A stretch of DNA of 63,349 nucleotides, filler included, from Squatina squatina (GCA_031763465.1; 3 parts of 2 records of this genome joined end to end with filler, not necessarily neighbours in it); one strand, 5' to 3'. Positions 50,632 to 62,968 are shown, counted from the first letter of the whole stretch. The notes: generated from the letters alone by a model not told the origin. Translations and numbers: made by a program.

Positions 50632-51010
50632 ACAACAACTTGCATTTATATAGCACCTTTAATATATTTAAATGACCCAAGGCGCTTCACAGGCACGTTT
50701 CAGAACACAACCGAGCAACAGACGGAGATATTAGGAAAGATGACCAAAAGCTTCGTCAAATAGGTAACTTTTAACAGCATATTAAGCAGAGAAAGAAGAT
50801 TTAGAGAGGTGAATACAAACAAAAAAAGCTGGAAAAACTCAGCAGGTCAGGCAACCTCTGTGGAGAGATTTCGAGAGGTGAAGATGTTTGGGGAGGGGAT
50901 TCCCGAGCTTGGGGCCCAGGAAGCTAACAGCTTGGCCGCCAGTGGTGGAGTGGTCAAAATTGGGGATGTGCAAGAGACTAGAATTAAAGGAACACAGAGA
51001 TCTTGTCAGA
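50632..51010 (-). mobile_element. L2-type LINE 3' end with a short Penelope-associated insert
   Basis: acaacaacttgcatttatatagcacctttaa tail; insert at about 50815-50870 matches 22150-22223. Confidence 0.6.
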
Positions 51011-51287
51011 GAGCAGGGTGGGGAGGGTTTGGGGGCTGATGGAGCTTATGAAATAAAGTCAGACGGAATGCAGCAAACTGGTGGTCCTGTCCCAAAAGAC
51101 AATGTGGGAATTGTCAATCAGAAATAGAGCCGTGTCCCAAACACAGAGCCTGCCCCGCCGCTGGCTGTATTTTCAGATCCCCAGCCATTCCTGGTGTGAT
51201 TCAGTGGATGGAAGTCTGGGCTTAAATATTACAGTCCTGGACTGGAAACACTGGCACCCGCCTCTGGGCTGAGCTCAGTGGTTCTGA

Positions 51288-52177
51288 TTAATAATGAACT
51301 GAATAACTGAGATATTTCACCGCACTCTTCAACTGCTCTCTGAACTTGGACTGGGTCACTCCGTAAATAAATGTGTTGGTGCAGCAACTTAAATTCCGTA
51401 GCATATGTCCGACTTGTTGAAAGATATATAAAGACTCAGTGTAATAATCGGGATTTGTTCCTGTAATGTTATAATATAAGAAATGTATAACAGATAACAA
51501 CCACAGGAGTATGAAGCTGCCGGAGATGGTGAAGAGTAAAATCACAGACTTCCTTCTGCTCTCCATCTCTGGGTAACTGCCATTCTCTCCCTTGCTCTGA
51601 CCCCTCAGTCCCTTACGGACTCAACTGGCCACTAAGATGTGTCTGACTGTCAGAGCGTTGAGCAACAGGATTAAAGCAAATGGGAGCAATGGGGTTAAAA
51701 CCTTATCAAACCAATCAAATCCCACCCATCCAGGCACAGTAAAATAGCCTGGGATTGTGTGACAGAACCACGGCACATTGTCAATTATCTTCACAGGTTG
51801 AATTGTAAAGTAGTAAGGGACGTTTTTTAAACAGAGCAGAATGCAGGTTGTTGTAAGAACCACAGCCGCCGTTTTCTCGGTGCAATATTTTATTTTCAGC
51901 TTCTGGCTACAAATGGCCACAAATCGATCAAAGGTGAAAGTGACGGTGAACCAGACAGAACAGTCTGTGGCTGCACTGGCCAGGGCAATGATAACAGCAC
52001 ACACAGGAGTGATGTCAAGGAAAGACACTGGGAAATAATGCCAATTGATCTGGTTCAGTATAACCTCAGTGATAATGACCAGTAGATCCGTCGCTGCCAT
52101 GGCCACCAGGTAGCGAGTGGTGCAGGTGGAGAGACCACACTTTCCCCGGGACAGGATCACAATCGCCACCAAATTCA
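51288..52177 (-). pseudogene. GPR139/GPR142-like class A GPCR (cartilaginous-fish expanded family), main exon with premature stop
   Basis: ctattttacag acceptor; NLVAIVILSRGKCGLS, YLVAMAATDLLV, FTFDRFVAIC, TM5-TM7 present. The two listed ORFs are in one frame separated by a single TGA at 51621-51623 (ILVAS*VRKGLRGQ). Confidence 0.85.
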
Positions 52178-52329
52178 CTGTAAAATAGAGAAAGGGAAAG
52201 AGACTGGGTATTATTGATCAAACATTCTCCGTATCTCAGCCCAGGCAGTAAGGCACCAAAAACGGGTGGGTTGGGGTCGGGTCAGAGACTGAAATTTTTA
52301 AATATCCTCTTAAAATAGAAGATGGAACA

Positions 52330-53660
52330 AGTCCAAGGAAGTATAAAGCAGTTAGCATAACATCAGTAGGAAAGATAATGGAATCCTTACCCAAAAATGT
52401 AATTAGAAAGTCTAGAAACACAACATATAATAAAGAATAGTCAGCACATATTCCAAAAGTGAAAGTCATGCTTGACCAACCTTATTGAATTCCTTGAATT
52501 AGTATCAGAATGTAGACAAGGGTAATGTAGTAGAGGTAATATACTTAGTTTTTCTTATGACCTTCGATAAATTACTCTATACCAGACTCATGAATAATCA
52601 CAGAGCAAGTGGAGTTAGGGGACAATCAAAATAATGGAAAAACAACCCGGCTAAAACAGAGAAAATAGGGAGCAGGAGATAAAGTTAGTTACTCAGATTA
52701 GTGGGTGGTCGTGTTCCACAAGGATCAGCGCTGTGACCACTTTTGTTCACCATTTACATAAACAATGTGGTCTCAGCAAGCAGAAGCACAAATTTAAAAA
52801 TTTGCAGATGAATCCACATTGGGACTACAGTTAAAACAAAACACCTGAAGAAATTAATAACCTTGCAGAATGGGCGTTTAAATGGCAAATTATTTAAATA
52901 TAGCTAAGTGTGCAGAATAAGGTTCCCAAATACTCCTTGGAAGATAATAGTCTGAATACCGTAGAGGGGTACAGAGTAACAAATCATTTAAAGTAGCTAC
53001 ACGTGGTAACAATGCCATAAACATTCAAACACTGCACTGGGGTTCATTTCCAGGGGAATAGAATCGAAAAGCAAAGGGGTTATCTTAAACTTATGTCGAA
53101 CCTTATTTATACCACAATTAGCCGACTGTATAAAGTTCTAGTCTCCGTATTAAAAAAGGAGATGGAGGCTCTGGAGAAGGTGCAAACTGTTTACAAAAAT
53201 AACATCAGAACTGAAAGGTTCTAACCACCAGGAAAGATTGAACAGGCTGGGCTCATTTCTTTAGCAAAGAGAAGGCCGAGGGCTGGCCTCATAGCAGCCG
53301 ATAAGTTATGAAGGGGTAACAGAGGGTAGATGTCTGCACTGGCGGCGTGAGTAAAAAACTGGAGATTATCGATGTAAGATAGTCACTAATAATTCCAATA
53401 AGACATTCAGGGAAGACTGCTTCACACAGAGTGGTGAGAATGTGGAACTCGCTACAACTTGGAGCACTTGAGGAAAATAGCAGAGTTGCATATAAGGGGA
53501 AGCCATATAAGTACTTGAGGTATAAAGCAGTATAAGAATATGCTGATAGGGTCAGAGGAAGGGGGGATGGAGGAGGTTTGTGTGCAGCATAAACACATGG
53601 CCTCGCCCAGTTGGGCTGAATGGCCGGTGTTAATGCTGTAAATTCTATGTTATTCTCTGC
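52330..53660 (+). mobile_element. CR1 LINE RT region to 3' end, decayed
   Basis: gtcatgcttgaccaaccttattgaattc (SCLTNLIEF), gttccacaaggatca (VPQGS), aaatttgcagatgaa (KFADE); colinear with 60120-61083. Confidence 0.88.
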
Positions 53661-54381
53661 AACTTGAGTATCAATGAATGACAGTCATTAGTTTGTTCAC
53701 ACCATTGCAGATATTGAAGTGGTTTATTTATTGAAGCAGTGCACCATTTATTACATTATTATCAGTTTACCAATGCTATTATTTACCGCCCCCAAGACTG
53801 ATCTCTGTATTATGAAAACTCGATATGCATGTTCTTCAGTTACATGTCTCTCTCCTCACAGGGTCACGTCTCACTGCTAAGGTACAGGTTAGTGGTGCAG
53901 AGACTCTGCGTCATAGATAAGAACTGGTTCATCAAACATTATCAGTTACAGAAGTGCAATAATCAATAATCATAGCCCAATATTCCTCCTGTCCGAGAGC
54001 AAGATAATTAAATTCAGCACTCAAGGCCCACAGATTCACAGGCGTGTTGAGGAAAAGTGATTAATCAGCATCAAGACAATTACAGTAACTTTGTTTAGAT
54101 TAAGAATACGTTATTATAGAGAGGATTTCAATGCAACAGTGCTGGCCTGCTATTAGTTATCCAGAAAATTGTTAACATCTTTTTCTGTCGTTCAATAAGA
54201 AACAAAGCATTGTCAATGCATTTCACTTCATACACACATTCCCAAACATCTTTAACCAACAGCAAAAATCTTCCACATTTGCCGTCGCATTCATTCAAAA
54301 AATGTGAAGGCAGCTTCACGGAGAGGAGAGATCAGTCATCTAAAATGTCTTCGAAGTAGAACCAGCTTCTTCCACACCAAT

Positions 54382-54601
54382 CAGTGCAGTTCTACAGTGA
54401 GAGATACTCCCAGTAATACATGGTCACTGGGGTCAGGAGCTCCACTCCAGTTAGTGACCCACACTCAGTACAGTTCTACAGTGAGAGATACTCCCAGTAA
54501 TACATGGTCACTGGGGTCAGGAGTTCCACTCCAGTTAGTGACCCACACTCAGTACAGTTCTACAGTGAGAGATACTCCCAGTAATACATGGTCACTGGGG
54601 T
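54382..54601. repeat. 84-bp tandem repeat, at least 2.6 copies, with internal inverted repeat
   Basis: tctacagtgaga recurs at 54391, 54475 and 54559; array runs into a gap. Confidence 0.93.
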
Positions 54602-54701
54602 NNNNNNNNNNNNNNNNNNNNNNNNNNNNNNNNNNNNNNNNNNNNNNNNNNNNNNNNNNNNNNNNNNNNNNNNNNNNNNNNNNNNNNNNNNNNNNNNNNN
54701 N

Positions 54702-56134
54702 TATTGGGGTTTATATCCTGGTTTATGTTGGGGATTATATCCTGGATTAGATTTGGGTTTATATCATGGATTATATTGTGGTTTATATCCTGGATTATAT
54801 TGGGGTTTATATCATGGATTATATTGGGGTATATATCCTGGTTTATATTGTGGTTTATATCATGGATTATATTGGGGTTGATATCATGGATTATATTGGG
54901 GTTTATATCCTGGATTAGATTGGAGTTTATATCCCGGATTATATTGGGGTTTATATCATCGAATATATTGTGGTTTATATCCTGGTTTATATTGGGGTTT
55001 ATATCATTAATTATATTGGGGTTTATATCCTGGATTATATTGTGTTTATATCCTGGATTATATTGGGGTTTATATCCTGGATTATATTGGATTTATGTCC
55101 TGGATTATATTGAGGTTTATATCCTGGATTATATGGGTTTTATATCCCGGATTATATTGCGGTTTAATACATGGATTACATTGGCGTTTATATACTGGAT
55201 TATATTGGGGTTTAATTCATGGATTTTATTGGGTCTATATCATGGATTATAGTGGGGTTTAATTCATGGATTATATTGGGGTTTAATTCATGGATTATAT
55301 TGGAGTTTATATCCTGGATTATATTTGAGTTCATTTCCTGGATTATATTGGGGTTTATATCCCGGATTATATTGGGATTTATTTCCTGGATTATATAGGG
55401 GTTTATATCCTGGATTATATTGGGTTTATATCGCAGATTATATTGGGGTGTATATCATGGATTATATTGGGGTTTATATCCGGGATTATATTGGGGTTTA
55501 TATCCCGGATTATATTGGGCTTTATATCCTGGATTATGTTGGGGTTTATATCCTGGATTATATTGGGGTTTATGTCCTGGATTATATTGGGTTCGTATTC
55601 TGGATTATATTGAGGTTTATAACCTGGATTATATTGGGTTTGTATTCTGGTTTCTATTGGGGTTTACATCCTGGATTAGATTGGGGGTTTTATCATGGAT
55701 TGTATTGGGGTTTATCCACTGGATCATATTGGGTTTTATATCCTGGATTGTATTGGGTTTATATCATGGATTATATTGGGGTTTACATCCTGCATTAGGT
55801 TGGCTTTATACCCTGTTTTATATTGGGGTTTATAACCTGGATTATATTGTGTTTTTATCCTGAATTATATTGGGGTTTATATCCTGGATTATATTGGGGT
55901 TGATATCATGGATTACATTGAGGTTTATATGCTGGATTATATTGGGGTTTATATCATGGATTATATTGGGGTTGATATCATGGATTATATTGAGTTTATA
56001 TTCTGGATAGGATTGGTTTTATATCCTGGATTATATTTGGTTTTATATCATGGATTATATTGGGGTTTATATCCTGGTTTATGTTGGGGATTATATCCTG
56101 GATTAGATTTGGGTTTATATCATGGATTATATTG
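54702..56134. repeat. 24-bp satellite GGATTATATTGGGGTTTATATCCT
   Basis: About 60 copies with a 12-bp substructure; gives the GLYWGLYP ORFs. Confidence 0.97.
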
Positions 56135-56234
56135 NNNNNNNNNNNNNNNNNNNNNNNNNNNNNNNNNNNNNNNNNNNNNNNNNNNNNNNNNNNNNNNNNN
56201 NNNNNNNNNNNNNNNNNNNNNNNNNNNNNNNNNN

Positions 56235-56372
56235 AGATAAGCACATGAGGGAGAAAGGAATAGAGAGGTATGCTGATGGGATGGGATGAGGAGGCTGGAG
56301 GAGAGCGTAAAAACCAGTATAGGTTAGTTGGGCCAAATGGCCTGTTTTGTGCTGGAAATTCTTTGTATTATT
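56235..56372 (+). mobile_element. CR1 3' terminus
   Basis: agataagcacatgagggagaaagg...gggccaaatggcctg; another copy at about 57000-57185. Confidence 0.75.
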
Positions 56373-56421
56373 TTCTCACCGCCTGTGTCTTTAACCGTCA
56401 CTCTTTCCTCTCTCCGCCCAG

Positions 56422-56692
56422 AATGATTGGAACCAGCGAGATCCCCATCATCATCGTCGGCAACAAGCGAGACTTGCAGAGGGGCCGCGTCATTCCCAGG
56501 CGCAACGTTTCCAACCTTGTGAAAAAGACCTGGAAGTGCGGCTACATCGAGTGCTCGGCCAAGTACAACTGGCACATCCTGCTCCTCTTCAAAGAGCTGC
56601 TCAAGACCGTGGGCTGCCTGGCCTGCAAGGGCGCCCACGCCTCCGCCTGCCTGCAAGGGGGGCTCCGCGGGAGCCGATGCGTCAGCCTGTGA
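56422..56692 (+). CDS. RASL10B: RASL10B-like small GTPase, last coding exon
   Basis: ctctttcctctctccgcccag acceptor; [24 protein letters not shown]...[22 protein letters not shown] (G4 NKRD, G5 SAK) ending in CAAX CVSL*. Confidence 0.88.
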
Positions 56693-57601
56693 ACGGCGAG
56701 CGCGCGGCGTTGGGGGTGGCGGGGGGACGGCGGTGAGCGGTGTGGGGACGAGGTTGACCGGNNNNNNNNNNNNNNNNNNNNNNNNNNNNNNNNNNNNNNN
56801 NNNNNNNNNNNNNNNNNNNNNNNNNNNNNNNNNNNNNNNNNNNNNNNNNNNNNNNNNNNNNTTTTTCTGAAGAAGAAATTTTAAAAAATAGTCTATACTG
56901 TAGCCATCATTTTAATTTATATCCTTTCTTTCTGGTATGTGACCCCTAGTTCTAGACATTCCAGCCAGGGGAAACAGCCTCCCAACAGACAGGATGGAAC
57001 TTAAATGGAACTTGCTACCACATGGAGCAGTTGGGGCGAATAGCACATGAGGGAGAAAGGAATAGTAGGAAATGTTGATAGAGTGAGATGAAGTAGGGTG
57101 GGAGGAGGCTCGTGTGGAGCATAAACATCAGCACAGGCCAGTGGGGGTCGAATGGCCTGTTTCTGCACTGTAAATACTATGCAATACGTAATACTGTATA
57201 GTAGTTCTAGTTGTAGATTGCTGCACTCCCTTTCAGGTGCCCCAGGTTCCAAACCCAGTATTAACTGCCATTTGCAGACTTGAGTTCCCTTAGTGGGCAA
57301 TGGCTCCTACCTTGGGCAGGCTACTAGACAAAGCAGCATGTGAGGGTGGAATTGTCTATCACTGGACCACCAGCTTCCCCCCTTCCCCGCACCCCACCCC
57401 CCCGCCACCCCCCCCTCCAACCCACCGAAAGAAAGCACATCTATGTCAGCAGTAAGAAGAATCTGTTTCCACTGTGGGATCGTCGGTAGCAAGCGGATAC
57501 ANNNNNNNNNNNNNNNNNNNNNNNNNNNNNNNNNNNNNNNNNNNNNNNNNNNNNNNNNNNNNNNNNNNNNNNNNNNNNNNNNNNNNNNNNNNNNNNNNNN
57601 N

Positions 57602-57735
57602 TGGAGTCCCAGTTTACAAGTTGTGTGATGGATTCCCAGTTTACAAGTTGTGGGATGCATTCCCAGTTTACAAGTTGTGGGATGGATTCCCAGTTTACAA
57701 GTTGTGGGATGGATTCTCAGTTTTGAATCTTTGGG
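57602..57735. repeat. 27-bp minisatellite GATGGATTCCCAGTTTACAAGTTGTGG, 4-5 copies
   Basis: Directly visible next to a gap. Confidence 0.92.
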
Positions 57736-58067
57736 ACCGATTTTCACCCTGCAACATAATTACAAACTGCTTTGACAAGAATTGGTTCATGTTTTCTATC
57801 CACACTCACACAAGGGTCCTCTTCCCCCACCATCTTGCGATGTGTCGCGGAAACTTACTGCAGAGCTTCATGATAATCCGTGAACATTATTAACAGTGTT
57901 ATTCGCAACTGGTCCTCCATTAATAGTCCGATGCTCTTCTCTGAATAAACACAGAAAGTATTTTATGAAATATTTGTTTATCTCTTTCAGTATGGACCCC
58001 CCACAATGCGTGTTGGATGTTCTTTCATTGTTGCACATTATTGATAACTGTCAATTCTCTCTTCAAG

Positions 58068-59807
58068 AAATTGAGGTCCGACACAAAAAATTCTTTTGTG
58101 CAAAGAATGAGAATATAATGGTGAATGTTATCGGTGCTAAAAAGGTTAAATTCCCTCTGGAGGAACGATACACCGAACTGGTCATCGTCACTTCCAACCC
58201 TGAGCAGCGTGTCTCGAAACGCCTCCTAACTGTGAGAGGGAGAAACCGTGAGGATTACCAGAGGAAGATAATCAAAGCAGAACGTGAGACCATGAGAGTC
58301 GGTCAGTTGTTCAGGAGCAGTTTTGGTAAAAGCAGCCTGTCCGGGACTGCCGTGGTCAGCGGTCCGGCAGGGATCGGGAAGTCCACCATGGTCCAGAAGA
58401 TTGTCCATGACTGGGCCACGGGGAAAATATATCCACAGTTTCAGTTTGTCTTTCGGTTCAACTTTCGAGACCTCAACAAAATAAAAGGCAGGACGAGTCT
58501 CAAGAAACTGATCCTGGATTCATATCCCGACTTTGGGAATGGGATCGAGCACCTGTGGGAGGAACCTCAGGGGCTGCTGTTTATATTGGACAGTTTAGAG
58601 GAGTTTCAGGAGAAGATTGATTTCACGGACTGGAAGAGAAACACTCTGAATGAGCACCAGTGTTTCCACCCGGAATGTCAGTGTGAATTGTCTGACATTG
58701 TGCGCTCTCTGATCCAACAGAAAGTTCTGACGGGCTGTTCAGTGTTGATCACAACCCGCCCGACTGAACTGGAGTCACTGAAGAAAGTTGAGATCAATCT
58801 GTGGGCAGAGATCGTGGGCTTCTTGAAGGAACAGCGCAGGGAGTTCTTTAAGAAATACTTTACAGATCAGCGCCAGGCGGAAGAAGCTTTCACCTATGTG
58901 GAGCAGCGTGACATCCTGTACTCCATGTGTGACAACCCCTCCTACTGCAGGGTCATCTGTTGCTCACTGGCCCCACTCTTAACACGAAAGCAGGGGAGAC
59001 AGAAAACTCTCCCGACAACCATCACACAACTGTTTGCAAGTTACATAATGAACATTTTTAAAAACCATGAGTTCAACATTTATAAACATCATGACCTCAG
59101 TCGTGAACACACTCGTGACCTGTTCCTCAGAACGGGTGAACTGGCCTATCTGGGAATCTGTCAGAACATCTTCCAGTTCAATGAGAACCATTTCGATTTC
59201 TGCAGGGTGGAGCGATCACAGACCCTGCCGGGGTTTGTGACAGAACACCTGGTCCCAGACACTTCTGAATCCATCTTCTCATTCATTCACATCACCCTGC
59301 CGGGGTTTGTGGCGAAATACCTGACTGCGGGTCCAGAGGGTCTGACACAGCTCCTGGATTCTGCCGAGAGCGACGAGAAATTCAGGACATTCCTCCGATT
59401 TGTTGCGGGTCTCACCTCATCGGCTTCAGCTCGGATACTTGGAGAGATCCTGGGACCCCTTCCTCATCAGGCCACCTGCAGAGTGATCGACTGGGCGAAG
59501 GAACGGACTGAAAGTAACCTCAACAACACCCACAGTCAACTCGGCAAAAGGAAGCTGTTGGAATCACCTGTTTGAGTCACAGAACAACGGGTTAATACGG
59601 CTCAGTGTGGGATTGGGAGCGACACTCGCACTTGGTGATGGCTTTCCCCAACAACGCAATCCGACTGACGCCTGTGGACTGCACTGTGCTGGCGACAGTC
59701 ATTGGGCATTGTGAGGGGATCAAGGAGCTTGACCTCAGGAACTGCTGCCTGGGAACCGAAGGGATGCAGAGACTGGCACCAGCTCTGCACAAATGTATGG
59801 TGCTCAG
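58068..59807 (+). pseudogene. NACHT-domain NLR (NLRC3/NLRP-like) large exon with frameshifts
   Basis: ctctcttcaag acceptor and CAG|gtatgt donor; ERYTEL, Walker A GPAGIGKST, degenerate Walker B LLFILDSLEE, sensor 1 VLITTRP. Homology continues after the TGA at 59573-59575 in two other frames (HLFESQNNGL; IRLTPVDCTVLATVIGHCEGIKELDLRNC). Confidence 0.85.
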
Positions 59808-59814
59808 GTATGTC

Positions 59815-61083
59815 TTGAGAATAGAGATAGAACAGGTGGAGGTGACATCGGGTGGTGAGATTGAAAATGAGTTAACTGCATTTAAAATAAAACAACGATA
59901 TATACCAAATAAACTGATCGAACTCAGAGGATAAAACTTCTGGTCCAGATGGGCTGCATCCACGCATTTTAAAAGAATCCAGGGAAGGCGTAGCAGAGGC
60001 ATTACTGGACATATTTAGTAATTCGTTCGAAGAAGCTGTAGTGCAGGAGGTCTGGTGGATAGCTAACGCATTACCTGTATTTTAGAAGGGAGATAGAACA
60101 AGGCCAGGGAACGAGAGACCAGTCAGCTTAACATCAGTGGTAGGAAAAATAATGGAATCCCTATCAAAGGAGAAAATAGAAGAACATCTAGAAATGAAAA
60201 TATAGTAATGAATAGTCAGCATGGATTTCAAAAGCATGTCTTGCTTGGGCAACCTAATTAAATTTTTTGAAGAGGGAACAGAGAGAGTAGACCAGGGTAA
60301 TGCAGTAGATATAACTTATCTAGATTTTCAAAAGGCCTTCGATGAGGTACCACATAATAGACTGATGAACAAGGTCAGAGAATGTGGAGTCAGGCGACAA
60401 GTAGCAGAATGGATAGCTAGCTGGCTTCAAGACAGAAAGCAGAGAGTAGGGGTAAAGGGTAGCTATTCAGAAGGTGGGAAATAGTGTTGAACAGGATCAG
60501 TGCTGGGACCTCTGCTGTTCACAAATTATATTAACTGTTTAGACATTGAAATCAAAAACATAATTTCTAAATTTGCGGAGAACACCAAATTGGGGAGCGG
60601 GGTGCGGGGGGAGGGGTGCATAGACAATAATGAGGACCACAATTTACAGGAAGGCATTAATACATTTGCAGAATGGGTATATCATTGGCAAATAAAATTC
60701 ACCACAGATAAATGTGAGGTAAGTAGTTTACATATTACTTGGAAAATAAGAATCTAAATGGGGTCGAGGAGATCTGGGAGTACAAATATACAAATCACTG
60801 AAAGTATCGGCACAGGTTAACAAGGTCGTTAAAAAGCACACCAAGCACTAGGGTTTATTTCTAGAGGGATTGAATTGAAGAGTACAGGAGTTATTCTAAA
60901 CCTGTATCGAACCTTGGTTAGACCGCACTTGGAGTACTGCGTGCAGTTCTGGTCACTATATTATAATAAGGATATAGAGGCACTGGAGAGGGTGCAGAGA
61001 AGATTTACAAGGACGATGCCACAAATGTGAGGGTATACCTGTCAGGAAAGCGTGAACAAGCTGGTTCGCTTTTCTCCAGAAAA
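59815..61083 (+). mobile_element. CR1 LINE ORF2 RT region, decayed, in the NLR intron
   Basis: SCLGNLIKFFE, AVDITYLDFQKAFDEVPH, GSVLGPLLF, ISKFAENTKLG (decayed FADD), LVRPHLEYCVQFWS. Confidence 0.92.
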
Positions 61084-61931
61084 NNNNNNNNNNNNNNNNN
61101 NNNNNNNNNNNNNNNNNNNNNNNNNNNNNNNNNNNNNNNNNNNNNNNNNNNNNNNNNNNNNNNNNNNNNNNNNNNNNNNNNNNATGCAGCTTTCTGCAGT
61201 TTTTCTCCCCACATATAATCCTGCTCACTTCACTCGGTTGAAACAGAAGAACTCACACACAGCCCCTGTTCACTTCACTCAGCCCCTGTTCACTGCCCAG
61301 GCCAGCTCACATAGGCCCTGCTCAGCTTCTTTACTGCCCAGACTCGACNNNNNNNNNNNNNNNNNNNNNNNNNNNNNNNNNNNNNNNNNNNNNNNNNNNN
61401 NNNNNNNNNNNNNNNNNNNNNNNNNNNNNNNNNNNNNNNNNNNNNNNNNNNNNNNNNNNNNNNNNNNNNNNNNNNNNNNNNNNNNCTACCCAGAGTGAAT
61501 CACAATTCCTCCTTCCCTCAGTAGGGGCGAATCATGGAGCAATACAATGGAACCCAATCTGACTGCTCTCACTTGCGCTGGATTATATGAACTGAGGCCC
61601 GTGTCCCAGCTGAAAAAAAGCAGGCGTTGTCACTGCTCAATTTAGTGCAGACTGACACTCTGCAATTTTGGACGGGCAGTCATTTTGGGCGGCAGGCACA
61701 CTTACGTCACCGCGCCACAGTAACCCTAAAGCCAGCGCCTTGAGCCTTATGGGCCTTGTGCCCAAACAGGAGCCGAATTTTGTGCCTGCGTTTTCGCGCC
61801 TAAAGTGCCTTTATGCCAGTTTTGCGCCAATTNNNNNNNNNNNNNNNNNNNNNNNNNNNNNNNNNNNNNNNNNNNNNNNNNNNNNNNNNNNNNNNNNNNN
61901 NNNNNNNNNNNNNNNNNNNNNNNNNNNNNNN

Positions 61932-62593
61932 NGGGGGGGGGGGTGGACTGGGTGACTGGGATGGACTGGGTGACTGGGTGAATTGGGTTAGTTGGATGTC
62001 GGACTGGGTGAGTCGGATGGACTGGGTGACTGGGTGGACTGGGTGAGTGGGCTGGACTGGGTAAGTGGAATGGACTGGGTGAGATATTGGACTGGGTGAG
62101 TGGGATGGACTGGGTGAGATGTTGGATTGGGTGACTGGGATGAACTGGGTGAGTGGGATGGACTTTGGGTGTGTGGGATGTTGGACTGCATGTGTGGGAT
62201 GGACTGGGTGACTGGGTGGACTGGGTGAATGTGATGGACTGGGTTAGCGGGATGTCGGACTGGGTGAGTTGGATGTCGGACTGGGTGACTGGGTGGACTG
62301 GGTGACTGGGTGGACTGGGTGAATGGGTGGACTGGGTGAATGTGATGGACTGGGTTAGCGGGATGTCGGACTGGGTGACTGGGTGGTCTGGGTGACTGGG
62401 ATGGACTGGGTGAGATGTTGGACTGGGTGAGTGGGATGGACTGGGTGAGATGTTGGACTGGGTGACTGGGATGGACTGGGTGAGATGTTGGACTGGGTGA
62501 GTGGGATGGAGTGGGTGAGCTGTTGGACTGGGTGAGTGTGATGGACTGGGTGCTATGTTGGACTGGGTGAGTGGGATGGACTGGGTGAGATGT
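61932..62593. repeat. G-rich minisatellite built on GGACTGGGTGA
   Basis: Directly visible; GGG runs roughly every 9-10 nt. Confidence 0.95.
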
Positions 62594-62864
62594 NNNNNNN
62601 NNNNNNNNNNNNNNNNNNNNNNNNNNNNNNNNNNNNNNNNNNNNNNNNNNNNNNNNNNNNNNNNNNNNNNNNNNNNNNNNNNNNNNNNNNNNNGCTGCCT
62701 TCCTACCTGGGGCAGGGTGAATGTCTCCTGTTCCCATTGTTAGTTAGCGGAGGGACACTTTTCCGTAGTTACTTGAAGTTTCCCACTCTTAACTGGAAGA
62801 AGTTTATTTCTGTTCTGAGCCATAGTAGAGAGTTTAAGAGAGTCGCTGACAGCTCGCCACTAAC

Positions 62865-62968
62865 CTGATCGATCCAGAGCTTGCCCACGATGATGTTGTG
62901 CACTGTGGTGGTGACTTTCTTCCACGTGTAGTGGTTGCCACTTTGGTGGAAGGTGCAGTGGATGGAGC
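62865..62968 (-). CDS. OSBP: OSBP exon (ORD lipid-binding domain)
   Basis: atgcag|...|gttagt, 104 bp; (G)SIHCTFHQSGNHYTWKKVTTTVHNIIVGKLWIDQ. YTWKKVTTT is the OSBP rather than OSBP2 sequence. Confidence 0.92.

Noticed and set aside
51621-51623. Selenocysteine or programmed readthrough of the GPCR TGA
   Set aside because: The position fits a basic loop residue, CGA-to-TGA is the simplest explanation, and no SECIS is apparent.
54588-56248. Gly/Tyr/Trp-rich ORFs resembling structural or eggcase proteins
   Set aside because: All frames reflect the 24-bp satellite; indels shift frames freely and there is no signal peptide or splice context.
57896-58067. N-terminal part of the 559-aa ORF
   Set aside because: Starts at GTG and lies upstream of a good splice acceptor at 58067; likely intron read in frame.
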